Shown here: piece after piece, positions 10,201 through 20,268 of the stretch
How the letters are laid out: every line of letters begins with the position of its first letter
Numbering within the stretch: the first letter of the stretch is position 1
From: Anaerolineae bacterium
GTDB lineage: Bacteria > Chloroflexota > Anaerolineae > B4-G1 > SLSP01
Direction: 5' to 3'
Assembly: GCA_049975205.1 (NCBI GenBank)
Contig: JBNGDL010000007.1
Span: 36,952 to 100,951 of the forward strand
Length of the DNA: 64,000 nt
Notes under the pieces: generated by a model
The model's input: the letters and a program-made list of their open reading frames with translations, nothing else
Database searches by the model: none
Told to the model about the DNA's origin: nothing
Position numbers and translations under genes: made by a program

Positions 10201-11417
10201 GCAACGCCTTGGCTGCGGATCCAGACCTGATCGCTCTGCGCTCTGAGCTGGGAGAAGAGGACGCCTTGATGCGTCGGGGCATTTTCACGGAGCCCGACAC
10301 GAAGCGAGACTACTTCACCGGCTATGCTTATCAGACGCTCTATGACTGGGACCAGTACTTTGAGAGCATCGTTCAGATCTATATGGGATGGCCGAGTACT
10401 TACATCAAGAACGGCGTGACGATCTTCCTGGATCATCAGCAGCCCACCGGCCTGATCTCGCGGTCCGTGCCCAGCAACGAGTACCATGACCCAGAGCACG
10501 TCAAACCCTTCCTGTCGCAGATCGCGGTGTTGGTTGTGAAGGCCTACGGCGAGACTGAATGGATTCTCAACGACCGCTACTTCCCGCGCCTCCGCAAGTA
10601 CCTCGACTATTGGCTGGAGGAGATGGATAGCACGGGGGACGGGCTCAGTGAGTGGATGAGTGCACCCCACACAGGGATGGACAACCAGCACGAGCGCTGC
10701 GGTTATTGGCTGGACCGATTCTCCGAGGGTGTGGATCTGAATGCCTATCTTGTTCGAGAGTGCAAGGCTTTCGCGAGCCTGGCCACGCAGGCCGGCGAGG
10801 AGGGGATCGCGACGGCATACCGGCAAAAGGCTGAGGCCCTGGCGGCGCGGATTCGCGCACAGCTATGGAGTGAGGAGGATGGCTTCTTCTACGACGGAAA
10901 CGCACGTTATGGTGAGACCACGAAGAGCCAGCACGCAGGGTGGGGGGCCATGAACCAGGTCAATGAGTCTCGGATTCGAGTAAAGTCGGTCGCTGCCTTC
11001 GCCGCCCTGTGGGCCCAGGTCGCCACGCCAGAGCAGGCCCGGCACATGGTCTTCGAGCATCTCTTCAACCCGCGTGAGTTCTGGACACCTTTTCCCGTCG
11101 CGGCGCTGGCGAAGACCGAGCGGTGGTACAGTCGCGACCACTATCCAGCGGATCTTGGGTGTAACTGGCGCGCGATGGTTTGGATTCCAACCAACTACAT
11201 GATCTATCAGGGGCTGCGGAGCTACGGCTATGGCCAACTTGCCTCGCTTGTCGCATACGTCACGCACGACTTGGTGAAGCGATCTGGAAATCGGGAGTAC
11301 TATGATGCTGAGACGGGAGAGGGACGGGGCCTCGATCCGTTCTGGGGATGGTCCCTTCTCGGACACTTCATGCCGTACGAAGAGAGCGCCGATGAGTTGA
11401 TCACAGCGCTGGAGTAG
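10197..11417 (+). CDS. (alpha/alpha)6-barrel glycoside hydrolase, GH63/MGH1/trehalase-like
   Basis: 406 aa. DYFTGYAYQTLYDWDQYFESIVQIY is typical of GH63-like and mannosylglycerate-hydrolase-like enzymes. ATGA 4-nt overlap with the upstream oxidoreductase. Confidence 0.6.
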   Translation: MSNALAADPDLIALRSELGEEDALMRRGIFTEPDTKRDYFTGYAYQTLYDWDQYFESIVQIYMGWPSTYIKNGVTIFLDHQQPTGLISRSVPSNEYHDPEHVKPFLSQIAVLVVKAYGETEWILNDRYFPRLRKYLDYWLEEMDSTGDGLSEWMSAPHTGMDNQHERCGYWLDRFSEGVDLNAYLVRECKAFASLATQAGEEGIATAYRQKAEALAARIRAQLWSEEDGFFYDGNARYGETTKSQHAGWGAMNQVNESRIRVKSVAAFAALWAQVATPEQARHMVFEHLFNPREFWTPFPVAALAKTERWYSRDHYPADLGCNWRAMVWIPTNYMIYQGLRSYGYGQLASLVAYVTHDLVKRSGNREYYDAETGEGRGLDPFWGWSLLGHFMPYEESADELITALE

Positions 11418-11491
11418 GTTGTCCTGAGTTGGGCACAAGGACATCAGAGGTACGAGGGTTGTGTAGTTAGTAGGCGAACAGGAGGATACGC

Positions 11492-12934
11492 GTGGAAAGA
11501 GACCGTAGGCCGAAGCCTCGGATTGGTTACTTCGGGAGTGGTCTAGCGGCCTATTGGCCCCAATTCCCTGATCTGAAGCCCGCCGTCCTCACGACGATGG
11601 ACCGGCACGTGGCGAAGTTGGAGGCGATGGGCTGCGAGGTCGTTCAGGGCGGGTTGGTCGATCGTCCTGAGCGCAGCATCGAGGTAGGAGAGCTGTTCGC
11701 CCGAGAACGGGTCGATCTCGTGATCGGCGAGATTATGACCTACACGGCCTCCCACATGCTTGTGCCGATCGCGCAGCGCAACATCGCGCCCTACCTGACC
11801 TTAGCCCTGCAGATGGTGCCCACCGTGGACTACGAGACGATGGGAACGGAGGACTTCACACTCATCGGGGCGGCGATGACGGCTCCTGAGGTGTCGTGCG
11901 CCTTCCAGCGGTGCGGACTGCCCTTCCACTGTGTCGTCGGGGGTGACTTCGAGGAGCGGGTCTGGGTCGAGGTCCAAGAATGGATTGAGGCTGCGGCGAC
12001 CAAGCGCGCGCTGATGAACAGCCGTCTTGGGTATCTAGGGCATTACTATCCGGGAATGCTCGACATGTACACCGATTTCACGATGCATCAGGGGCGTCTG
12101 GGAACGCATGTCGAGATCCTTGAGATGTGCGACCTGGCCGCGCGCGTCGAGGCGGTGACGGAGGATGAGATTGACGCCAAGGTGGCTGAGGCCGAGGCGA
12201 TGTTTCACATGCCGCCTCCGGGCTACGATGCCATTACTGAGCAGGTGAACCCGATGGATCTCCGATGGGCTGCGCAGGTAGCGTGCGCAGAGGATCGACT
12301 CGTTGCAGATTTCGACCTCGACGGGCTTGCCTATTACTATCGAGGCTGGGACAATAACCTCTACGAACGTATTGGTGCCTCGATGATCCTGGGCAACTCA
12401 ATATTGACCGCGCGCGGCATCCCCTGTGCGGGTGAGGCCGATCTGAAGACCTGTGTGGCGATGTTTATCCTGGAGCACTTCAACGCCGGGGGTTCCTTCT
12501 GTGAGCTCTATCTGCTGGACTTTGAGGGCGGTTTTGTGGTGGCCGGCCACGATGGGCCGGGCCACATTGGTATTGGGAACAAGAAACCGATTCTGCGCGG
12601 GATGAAGCTGTTCCACGGCAAAGCGGGCCACGGCGTCTCCGTTGAGTTCAACGTCAAGAACGGACCGGTCACCATGCTGGGGCTCACCCAGACCGGCGAT
12701 GGGCGCTTCAAGTTAGTGGCCGCGGAGGGTGAGTCGGTCCCTGGACCCATTCTCCAGATCGGGAACACAAACACGCGGGTGAAGTTCGGCGACATGAGCC
12801 CAGGTGAGTTTGGCCAGGCGTGGACGGAGACCGGCTCGACGCACCACTTCGCGCTGGGCGTGGGACACCAGCTGGGCGAGATTCGGAAGTTGGCCGAGTT
12901 ACTTGATATCGAGTTGGCAGTTGTAACCGGCTGA
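11492..12934 (+). CDS. L-arabinose isomerase-like / L-fucose isomerase superfamily sugar isomerase
   Basis: 480 aa. The N-terminal RIGYFGSGLAAYWPQFPDL and LGYLGHYYPGMLDMYTD blocks resemble the AraA family. The size matches AraA (about 500 aa). Confidence 0.6.
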   Translation: MERDRRPKPRIGYFGSGLAAYWPQFPDLKPAVLTTMDRHVAKLEAMGCEVVQGGLVDRPERSIEVGELFARERVDLVIGEIMTYTASHMLVPIAQRNIAPYLTLALQMVPTVDYETMGTEDFTLIGAAMTAPEVSCAFQRCGLPFHCVVGGDFEERVWVEVQEWIEAAATKRALMNSRLGYLGHYYPGMLDMYTDFTMHQGRLGTHVEILEMCDLAARVEAVTEDEIDAKVAEAEAMFHMPPPGYDAITEQVNPMDLRWAAQVACAEDRLVADFDLDGLAYYYRGWDNNLYERIGASMILGNSILTARGIPCAGEADLKTCVAMFILEHFNAGGSFCELYLLDFEGGFVVAGHDGPGHIGIGNKKPILRGMKLFHGKAGHGVSVEFNVKNGPVTMLGLTQTGDGRFKLVAAEGESVPGPILQIGNTNTRVKFGDMSPGEFGQAWTETGSTHHFALGVGHQLGEIRKLAELLDIELAVVTG

Positions 12935-13016
12935 ACGGATAGAGAGAATGTCGAAGATGTGGGCCGGCCACGCTGGCCCAAACAATGACTCTTCGGGAGA
13001 TGCAGAGGAGGAAACT

Positions 13017-14504
13017 ATGGCAAAGATCACGATCAACCCCAATGACATTGTCGCCACGATCAACCCCAACATCTACGGGCATTTCGCTGAGCACCTGGGT
13101 CGATGCATCTACGAGGGGATCTGGGTGGGGGAGGACTCTGCCATCCCGAACACCGGGGGCATCCGCAACGACGTTGTGGCGGCACTGAAAAAGCTTAGGC
13201 CGCCCGTCATCCGCTGGCCCGGCGGCTGCTTCGCCGACGACTATCACTGGGAGGATGGCGTAGGACCTCGCGAGGATCGCCCGCGCCGCGTCAATATTCA
13301 CTGGGGCGAGGTCGTCGAGCCCAACAGCTTCGGCACCCAGGAGTTCGTCCGCTTGTGCCGGATGGTGGGTGCGGAGCCCTACATCGTCGGCAACGTCGGG
13401 TCCGGCACGGCGCAGGAGCTGCGGGAGTGGGTGGAGTACTGCAACTTCGACCAGGAGAGCACGCTGGCGCAGCGAAGAGCGGCGGACGGCAGCCCCGAGC
13501 CCTTGGATGTCAGGTATTGGGGCGTGGGTAACGAGAACTGGGGCTGTGGCGGCAGTTTCTCGCCGGAGGACTACTGCACGGAGTTCAGGCGGTTCGCGAC
13601 GTTCGTGCGAGGCTTTGGCAATGAGCTGTTCGTGATCGCCTGTGGCCCCTCGGGCAACGACATCGAATGGACGGTGCGGTTCTTCCGCAAGCTGCGCAAA
13701 GACTACTGGGATTTCCGCAACATTCACGGGTTCGCGGCGCATTACTACTGCGGTACCGCCGGAACGGCCACGGCGTACACGGTGGATCAGTGGTACGAAC
13801 TCATCGCCAAAGGGCTGCAGATGGAACCACTCGTGGTCCAGCAGCGGGCAGCCATGGATGCCTACGATCCTGAGCGCAAGATCGGGCTCATCGTCGACGA
13901 GTGGGGAACGTGGCATCCGGTGGAGCCGGGCACGCATCCGCGTTTTCTCTATCAGCAGAACACACTGAGGGACGCTCTCGTGGCCGCAACGACGCTGGAT
14001 ATCTTCAACCGTCACGCAGACAAGGTCGCGATGGCCAACATCGCTCAGACGATCAATGTTCTCCAGGCGATGATTTTGACGCAGGAAGACAAGATGTTGG
14101 TAACGCCGACGGGACACATCTACGAGATGTATGCTCCTCACCAGGGTGGATCCTCGGTGCGTATGACCGTTGAGTCCGAGGCCGTGAGCTATCAGTCAGA
14201 CGATGGCGAAGGAGACCTACCTCTTGTCTCGGGCAGCGCGTCTCTGAAGGGGAACCAACTCTTTGTGACGCTCACGAACAGCCACGCTGAAGAAGAGGTC
14301 GAGGTCGCTGTGGAGCTGCTGGGCGGCGCGGTTGCTGATGGTGTGAAGGCACGCGTACTGACCGGGGAAATCCACGCGCATAACACATTTGACCGTCCAG
14401 AAGCTGTCCAGCCGACCTCGATGGCGCTAGCTGCGAATGGTGCAACCTTCACCATCCGGTTGCCGGCGGCTTCGGTGACGGCGGCGACGCTGGCGCTCAG
14501 CTAG
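13017..14504 (+). CDS. abfA: alpha-L-arabinofuranosidase, GH51
   Basis: NPNIYGHFAEHLGRCIYEGIWVGE, VRYWGVGNENWGCGG (acid/base Glu region) and GLIVDEWGTWH (nucleophile region). ATG at 13017 is preceded by GAGGAGG; the ORF extends up to 12948. Confidence 0.85.
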   Translation: MAKITINPNDIVATINPNIYGHFAEHLGRCIYEGIWVGEDSAIPNTGGIRNDVVAALKKLRPPVIRWPGGCFADDYHWEDGVGPREDRPRRVNIHWGEVVEPNSFGTQEFVRLCRMVGAEPYIVGNVGSGTAQELREWVEYCNFDQESTLAQRRAADGSPEPLDVRYWGVGNENWGCGGSFSPEDYCTEFRRFATFVRGFGNELFVIACGPSGNDIEWTVRFFRKLRKDYWDFRNIHGFAAHYYCGTAGTATAYTVDQWYELIAKGLQMEPLVVQQRAAMDAYDPERKIGLIVDEWGTWHPVEPGTHPRFLYQQNTLRDALVAATTLDIFNRHADKVAMANIAQTINVLQAMILTQEDKMLVTPTGHIYEMYAPHQGGSSVRMTVESEAVSYQSDDGEGDLPLVSGSASLKGNQLFVTLTNSHAEEEVEVAVELLGGAVADGVKARVLTGEIHAHNTFDRPEAVQPTSMALAANGATFTIRLPAASVTAATLALS

Positions 14505-14686
14505 ATATCGGAAGTCTCTGAGTCAAACGAAGCTGCCTCGATCTGAACGAGCAGCGCACGGCGCGGTTGTCCCAGGCCCCGGGGATCCGATCCCTGGTCG
14601 CTGGGGCTTGGGCAGCCGTGTGAAGCCGGGCGCTTACGCATCCGGTCACTAGAGGAGCTTGCGTCGTCAGTTGCTCGCCACCGAGG

Positions 14687-16261
14687 TCACGGCTCGTCGC
14701 CGGTCGGCGGTGCGACGTCGAGCAGCGTCTGCTGGCCGAAGGGTGTCCCTGGCGCAACCCCGGTCACCCTGACGAGGGTCCCGATGTCGGCCCAGTTGTA
14801 GAGGGTTTCGGCGTCCCCGATGTCCAGAATGATGCAGCCGTAGGAAGCCGGATATCCCAGAACCCCCTTTGAAAGCCGGAGTCCGTAGGACGTGATTGGC
14901 AGCTCGTGGATGCCGTTGTAGAAATCCTCGCGCTCCTCGTAGAAAGCCATGAAATACGGCATATCCAGACTCCAACGCTGGGCAAAGGCCATCTCCTCCT
15001 TGAAGAGGATTTGGAACTGCCCCGCGAGCGTCGGTGTTGTAGAGATGCCGCTGGAGACTCGGAACTCATAGACTAACGTCTCCTCTTCGTAGGCCCGTAG
15101 GGTCTGGGTGGGGAGATCGATCTCGATGCGTTTTCCTCGGACCAGTGGATGTGGGAAGAGGATGTCGATTGAGGGAACCGTGATCACTTGCCCCACATCG
15201 ATGAGGCCTGGGTCGACCTCCGGGTTGACCCGCTCTAGCTGCCATTGGGAGAACCCGTGGTTGTAGGCAATATCATAGAAGGTGTCGCCTAGCTGGACAA
15301 TGTAGGTCTTGGGCGGATGGCGCACCTCAGCGTAGACGGGGTTGTTTGCATTCGATCGTATAGCATCTGCCACCCGCGCGCTCGTCGCCTCCACGTCAAG
15401 AAGGCGTTCCTCGCCGAGTTGAGGGGCGATCGTCCCGACCCAAGTACGGATGGCATTGGTATCATATCTGAGGCGGAACCCGCCCTCATCCTGCACGACG
15501 CGCAGCCACTGGGCGATCTGATCTCGCTCAGCGGTGAACTCCGCGTAGTAACCTCCTTGCTCTGGATCCCCCGTCAGGGGATCCTGGACGACGAGCGTCA
15601 GAGACTCAGACAGCCTTGCCTCGATCTGGCTCTGTGTCGGCTCTGCCGTGGCTATGGCGGGCGGCACAACATCAAGCGTCAACTCGACACGCCCGGCGCC
15701 CTCACGTAACGCGGTCAGAGTCTGAGCGGTAGCTGCCTCGACGTCCAATTCCTGACCGTCATGTGCAGGCCCACTGCGCACCTGGCCTCCCAGGATGGTG
15801 AGACTAGCATTACGAGGCGCTATCTTGACAGCCGCCGCGATTTCCTCGATGTAGGCTTGGACGCGTGCCGGATCGGCTGGTGAGATGGGTACGGTGATCG
15901 AGACCTGCGATGGTCTGAGGACGAGGATTGCTCCTAACCACCACGGTCGGTCACGACCGATCTGGTAGGCGGCGTCGACCGCTGCATCGAGGTCGTAGCT
16001 CTGACCAGCCCTGGCCCACGTCAGGTCCCATACCTCCTCGCCGGCGACGATGGTCACCGCGAGATCCTTGGGCACGGGGAGTGCGGAGGCTAGGCGCGAA
16101 CGGGCCGCTGCGACGGTTAGGTCGCCAACGTCTATGCCCTGAATTGACACACCGGGGTAGATTCGATCCCGGTAGTGCGCGCCCACCGACACAGCTGCGC
16201 CCAGAGCGCCAAGTACGGCGAGGACCAATAAGCCTGCTGCGATCCTGCGAAGGGTCTGCAC
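14687..16261 (-). CDS. L,D-transpeptidase (YkuD domain) with LysM and N-terminal PG-binding-like region, membrane anchored
   Basis: 524 aa with a GTG start. N-terminal TM (IAAGLLVLAVLGALGAAVSV). LysM (YIVQLGDTFYDIAYNHGFSQWQLERVNP). YkuD catalytic region (NGIHELP ... ASYGCIILD). Confidence 0.8.
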   Translation of the reverse strand: MQTLRRIAAGLLVLAVLGALGAAVSVGAHYRDRIYPGVSIQGIDVGDLTVAAARSRLASALPVPKDLAVTIVAGEEVWDLTWARAGQSYDLDAAVDAAYQIGRDRPWWLGAILVLRPSQVSITVPISPADPARVQAYIEEIAAAVKIAPRNASLTILGGQVRSGPAHDGQELDVEAATAQTLTALREGAGRVELTLDVVPPAIATAEPTQSQIEARLSESLTLVVQDPLTGDPEQGGYYAEFTAERDQIAQWLRVVQDEGGFRLRYDTNAIRTWVGTIAPQLGEERLLDVEATSARVADAIRSNANNPVYAEVRHPPKTYIVQLGDTFYDIAYNHGFSQWQLERVNPEVDPGLIDVGQVITVPSIDILFPHPLVRGKRIEIDLPTQTLRAYEEETLVYEFRVSSGISTTPTLAGQFQILFKEEMAFAQRWSLDMPYFMAFYEEREDFYNGIHELPITSYGLRLSKGVLGYPASYGCIILDIGDAETLYNWADIGTLVRVTGVAPGTPFGQQTLLDVAPPTGDEP

Positions 16262-16315
16262 CTGTTTTCCTTTCGTCTTCTGGCGACCCTGGCTCTGCCG
16301 CCACGAGATGGGGTG

Positions 16316-16343
16316 ATTATACCGAATCGATGAGAGCGGACAA
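16316..16343 (-). promoter_or_regulatory. sigma70-type promoter for the L,D-transpeptidase gene
   Basis: On the minus strand: TTGTCC (16343-16338), 16-bp spacer, TATAAT (16321-16316). It lies about 55 nt upstream of the GTG start at 16261. Confidence 0.4.
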
Positions 16344-16482
16344 TCAGATCGCGGGTTTGTAGCCCTCGGACGTCATCATTGGTGACCTGGGAGGCCCCGC
16401 CCAGCACTAGGTGGCGTCGAAATGTGCCTCTATGCCACGGGGCCTAGTCGGAGCCGGGCGTGTCCGTCCGGCCTGGATGAAG

Positions 16483-16517
16483 TAGGCCTCCCGGAGATCC
16501 ACCCTCTGGGAGGCCTA
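16483..16517. terminator. Strong GC hairpin between the GH2 and L,D-transpeptidase genes
   Basis: TAGGCCTCCC(GGAG)...(CTCT)GGGAGGCCTA gives a stem of 10-14 bp. The T-rich run (ATTTAT) follows only on the plus strand, although both flanking genes are on the minus strand. Confidence 0.3.
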
Positions 16518-16554
16518 TTTATGAACTTGCCGCTGTCTGCGGCCTACCGGCGCC

Positions 16555-18885
16555 TCAGGCGACGACCTGAATCGTTGACTGAGCGGCCTCCAGGCCATCA
16601 GCCTGTGCGCGGAGGGTGATCTCGCCGGGCGTACCATTGGACTTGACGACGACGAGACAACGTCCCTCGTATGCGCTACGCTGATTGCCACGATAGCGTT
16701 CCTCGCTCAGAGGGTCGCCATTGCCTACAGCCGCGATGGTGCCCTCACCCTGCACTGTGAAGAAGATCTCGTGATCCGCCTTCGGATGGCGACGTCCCAA
16801 CTCGTCGACGACCTCGACGGTAACGAAGCTCAAGCTTCCCGGCTCGGCGGCGAGCTCCTCATGGTCAGGCGTCAGCCGGATACCCACGGCTTCGTCGACC
16901 GTGTGGACCTCCCACTTGGCGACGCGCTGATCCCCTTCGTAGGCAATGGCGGTCAGGGACCCCGGTTCGTAAGGGACGTCGAAGGTCGCGATGAAGCGTT
17001 TGTCACGCCCTGCCGGCTTCTTGCCCAGGGATCGATCGTTGAGATAGAGCTCTACCTGCTCGAAGGCGGAGTAGACGTCGACCTGGAAGGTCTCGCCCTC
17101 GTGCCCCGGCCAGGTCCAGTCGGCACTGACCAACGGCCATCCCCAATAGCTGATGACGGGCTCCTTGCCCTCAGGGTGCGGGGCATGGACCGCGATATAG
17201 AGCTGGTTTCCAGTCCCCCAGAGGATGTCGCGGTAGAAGGACTGAGGTCGCTTGAAGCCGCAGAGATCGAGGTCGCCGCAGTTGGCCTGATGCCACGGGT
17301 AGTCGCCGAGGAAGGTACGTCCTTCATCCTCATAGTAGACGCGCCCTATACCGGCCTCCCCCAGATAGTCGAGCGAGGTCCAGACGAAGTCGCCGATGAC
17401 GTAAGGCAGCTCCTCGACGGCTTCCCAGTGCTCCAGGGCCTCGCCAGCTGTGGACTCAGAGCCGTACATAATGCGGTCCGGGTGGCGATCGTGGTCGGGC
17501 CGATACTGCTTCTCCTGATAGTTGTACCCGCCGACATCGAGGGCAGAGAAGATGGCGTCGGTATCTGACCAAGGCCAACGGTCGTGACCGCCGTTGACTG
17601 CAGCCGTGACCGGGCGTGTCGGGTCCACCTCACGGATGCGATTGGCGAGTTGTTGCGCAATTGTTGCGCCGTCAGAGCGACCATTGCGCTCGTGGACCTC
17701 GTTACCGATGCTCCACATGATGATGCTGGGGTGGTTGCGGTCGCGGAGAAGCATGCTGTCCAGGTCGCGTTGCCACCAGTCCGCGAAGGCGACGTGGTAG
17801 TCGTAGGGGTTCTTGCCTTCACGCCAGCAGTCGAAGGCCTCGTCAATGACGAGCATCCCTAGGCGATCGCAGGCGTCCAGGAAGGCGGGCGCTGGTGGGT
17901 TGTGCGCGCACCGGATGGCGTTGTAGCCATTGGCCTTAAGTCGCTCGACCTTCCGCTCCTCGGCACGATCGTAAGAGGTCGCACCCATCACCCCGTCGTC
18001 GTGATGGACGCAGCCACCGCGAAGCTTCATCTCCTGTCCGTTGAGCAAGAAGCCCTTCTTGGCATCGAAGGCGATCGATCGGATGCCGAAGGGGGTCGTC
18101 GTCGTGTCCACGACCTCGTCGTCGACTACGATCTCTGTTATGAGGCTGTAGAGGTGTGGCGCTGCTGGCGACCAGAGCCGCGGCATCGCGACCTCGAGCC
18201 GCTGGTGCACGACGCTCTGAGTACTGGCTTCGAGTCGGAGCACCGCTTCGTCGCTGGCGAGGATGGCACCCTCGGGCGCCACCACGTGGGAGCGCGCGAG
18301 CACGGGCTTTTCGGTGTCCCCCTCGTTGACGAGCGTGGTCCCGACGGAGACGTCCGCGACGTCCTCCGAGACGGAGGGCGTCGTCACGTAGACGCCCCAA
18401 TGGCCTACGTGCACTGGATTGGCGACGTAGACCCAGACATGCCGGTAGATGCCCGACCCCGAGTACCAGCGGCTGTTGAGTTGGCAGTCGTTGTCGACCT
18501 TAACGGTCAGAACGTTCTCCTCTCCGATCTTGAGATAGGGCGTAAGGTCATAGTGAAAGCTGGTGTAACCGTATGGATGTCGACCGAGGAGATTGTGGTT
18601 GAGCCAAACTTCGGCGTTCATATAGACGCCCTCAAACTCAATCGTGACCTTCTTGCCCTGCCACTCAGCCGGGGCATTGAAGGTCTTGCGATACCAGCCG
18701 CGACCCATCTGGAAGTAGCCGCCCGAGGCCTTGCTAGGGGCGAGCGGCGTTCGGTCCAGCTCTACGCTCCAGTCGTGGGGTAGATCGACGACGCGCCAGG
18801 TCGAGTAGTCCGGTTCGCGCCATCGAGCGCCTTCCGGTTCGCCAAGATGGAATCGCCACCTGCTGTCGAAACTGAGTTGCTGCAT
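16555..18885 (-). CDS. Glycoside hydrolase family 2 (beta-galactosidase/beta-glucuronidase-like)
   Basis: 776 aa. NAIRCAHNPPAPAFLDACDRLGMLVIDEAF and HPSIIMWSIGNEV (acid/base Glu). The N-terminal sugar-binding and Ig-like arrangement is typical of GH2. Confidence 0.85.
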   Translation of the reverse strand: MQQLSFDSRWRFHLGEPEGARWREPDYSTWRVVDLPHDWSVELDRTPLAPSKASGGYFQMGRGWYRKTFNAPAEWQGKKVTIEFEGVYMNAEVWLNHNLLGRHPYGYTSFHYDLTPYLKIGEENVLTVKVDNDCQLNSRWYSGSGIYRHVWVYVANPVHVGHWGVYVTTPSVSEDVADVSVGTTLVNEGDTEKPVLARSHVVAPEGAILASDEAVLRLEASTQSVVHQRLEVAMPRLWSPAAPHLYSLITEIVVDDEVVDTTTTPFGIRSIAFDAKKGFLLNGQEMKLRGGCVHHDDGVMGATSYDRAEERKVERLKANGYNAIRCAHNPPAPAFLDACDRLGMLVIDEAFDCWREGKNPYDYHVAFADWWQRDLDSMLLRDRNHPSIIMWSIGNEVHERNGRSDGATIAQQLANRIREVDPTRPVTAAVNGGHDRWPWSDTDAIFSALDVGGYNYQEKQYRPDHDRHPDRIMYGSESTAGEALEHWEAVEELPYVIGDFVWTSLDYLGEAGIGRVYYEDEGRTFLGDYPWHQANCGDLDLCGFKRPQSFYRDILWGTGNQLYIAVHAPHPEGKEPVISYWGWPLVSADWTWPGHEGETFQVDVYSAFEQVELYLNDRSLGKKPAGRDKRFIATFDVPYEPGSLTAIAYEGDQRVAKWEVHTVDEAVGIRLTPDHEELAAEPGSLSFVTVEVVDELGRRHPKADHEIFFTVQGEGTIAAVGNGDPLSEERYRGNQRSAYEGRCLVVVKSNGTPGEITLRAQADGLEAAQSTIQVVA

Positions 18886-18906
18886 TCGTTTTGCCTCCGA
18901 TTTTGC

Positions 18907-20001
18907 CTATAGAGAGATGTCTTCCTGTGCGAGTACCTGTAGAAAAGCCCGTGCGCGCTCTGGATCCCGGAAAGTGCCCCTAGCTTGCTGGATGACAAGC
19001 ATGAACCCTTGCCCACCCAGATTCCGCACAATGGTTCTGGCCCCTTCTGGGGATACGAAGACTTGGCAGAGCTTGCCCCCGTCGCGGATGCGCTTGAGGA
19101 GGGGTAGCCATTTGTGGGGCGGCGGCTGGCCATCACCGGGGATCCATTGGATGCCCCGGAGCCGCTCGATCGAGAGGAGCAGGTCAAGGTGGGGAATCTC
19201 GCCCTTGCCGTCGAGATGGTAGAAGCCGTGGTCGAGGTACTCACAGCAAGCGACCAGGTCCGGCATCACGAAGCGTTCGAACATCGCCGGCGAGATCATA
19301 TAGGAGAAGTCGCATTGAAGCATGTAGGTCTTGCCTGGCGACCAGATCGGCGTCCAGCAAGATGTGCCGCGGCAGCGAGGCTGGATCAGGTGATGTTGCT
19401 CGTCATAGTAGCGGAGCCACAGCTCCGTGATCCGGGCAACCAGGCGGTCGACTTCGTCTGGGTGATCGATGAGGTCGAAGAGCAAACCCTCTGTTCCGCG
19501 GAAGGATGCGAGGATGTCGAGGTTGCCGCCGAGATCAGTATGGCCGACTTGGACCAGACCCTCCCACCGCTCCGCGATGGCGCGGGTCAGCGCTTGCACG
19601 CGCTGCCACCAGGTGTTGTTGGCGTCATAGTGAAAGTCGAGGGCCTCCACGGGTTGTGGCTCGGACGTGCTGAACCAGACAGTCTCGGAGGGCTCGCTCA
19701 CACTATGCACCTCAGCGCCGAGGAAGCCCGCCATGATGCCGGGGCCGAAGTTCAGCCACCACTGCGGAAATGCATCGGCGTAGTAGCGCGTCGCCGCCAG
19801 CGCCGGAGCGTGGCGGTCCACGATCTCGTCCGGCTTCATCTCTAGGGGATAGTTGCTAAGGAATTCATATTGGAGCGTAGGCGGAACCGGATCCGTTTCC
19901 GCCAGGTAGACCAGGGGTCGCTCCAGCTCCCCGGCCCACCAGGCGAGCGTGTCCCGCTCGACGCGCTCCCAATCTTCGTGCGTGAAATGTAGATCTGACA
20001 T
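18907..20001 (-). CDS. Uncharacterised protein; possibly uroporphyrinogen-decarboxylase-like (URO-D/MtaA-like) fold
   Basis: ORF extends to 20094, but the ATG at 20001 (MSDLHFTHEDW) has GAGGAG upstream, and a promoter-like TTGACA-16-TACACT lies inside the longer extension. The family call rests on weak recollection of similar proteins annotated as URO-D-like. Confidence 0.3.
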   Translation of the reverse strand: MSDLHFTHEDWERVERDTLAWWAGELERPLVYLAETDPVPPTLQYEFLSNYPLEMKPDEIVDRHAPALAATRYYADAFPQWWLNFGPGIMAGFLGAEVHSVSEPSETVWFSTSEPQPVEALDFHYDANNTWWQRVQALTRAIAERWEGLVQVGHTDLGGNLDILASFRGTEGLLFDLIDHPDEVDRLVARITELWLRYYDEQHHLIQPRCRGTSCWTPIWSPGKTYMLQCDFSYMISPAMFERFVMPDLVACCEYLDHGFYHLDGKGEIPHLDLLLSIERLRGIQWIPGDGQPPPHKWLPLLKRIRDGGKLCQVFVSPEGARTIVRNLGGQGFMLVIQQARGTFRDPERARAFLQVLAQEDISL

Positions 20002-20066
20002 ACGCTCCTCTTCCAATGTCGAGGCGCTGAACGGACCAGCGCCTCGTTCGCCGTCCACACGGCTAG

Positions 20067-20094
20067 AGTGTATGGTTAGCTGGAAAGGTGTCAA
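20067..20094 (-). promoter_or_regulatory. sigma70-type promoter for the 18907-20001 gene
   Basis: Minus strand: TTGACA (20094-20089), 16 bp, TACACT (20072-20067). About 60 nt upstream of the ATG at 20001. Confidence 0.45.
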
Positions 20095-20112
20095 CTTGTC
20101 AGCTTACGAGCG

Positions 20113-20141
20113 TTGACAATGCCCTCTTGCCGACGTAAGAT
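20113..20141 (+). promoter_or_regulatory. sigma70-type promoter for the GH29 fucosidase operon
   Basis: TTGACA (20113-20118), 17-bp spacer, TAAGAT (20136-20141). Implies a leader of about 120 nt before the ATG at 20269. Confidence 0.55.
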
Positions 20142-20268
20142 GACGTCGACTCCGGGTACAACCCGGGAGCAAGGCCATCGTTCCGCGTCGTAGCGGTCTC
20201 GGCAAGCGCTGGCGCTGCGACGAGACAGCAGACTGGGAGAACCACCACGCGATCGGGAGGACGCGACT

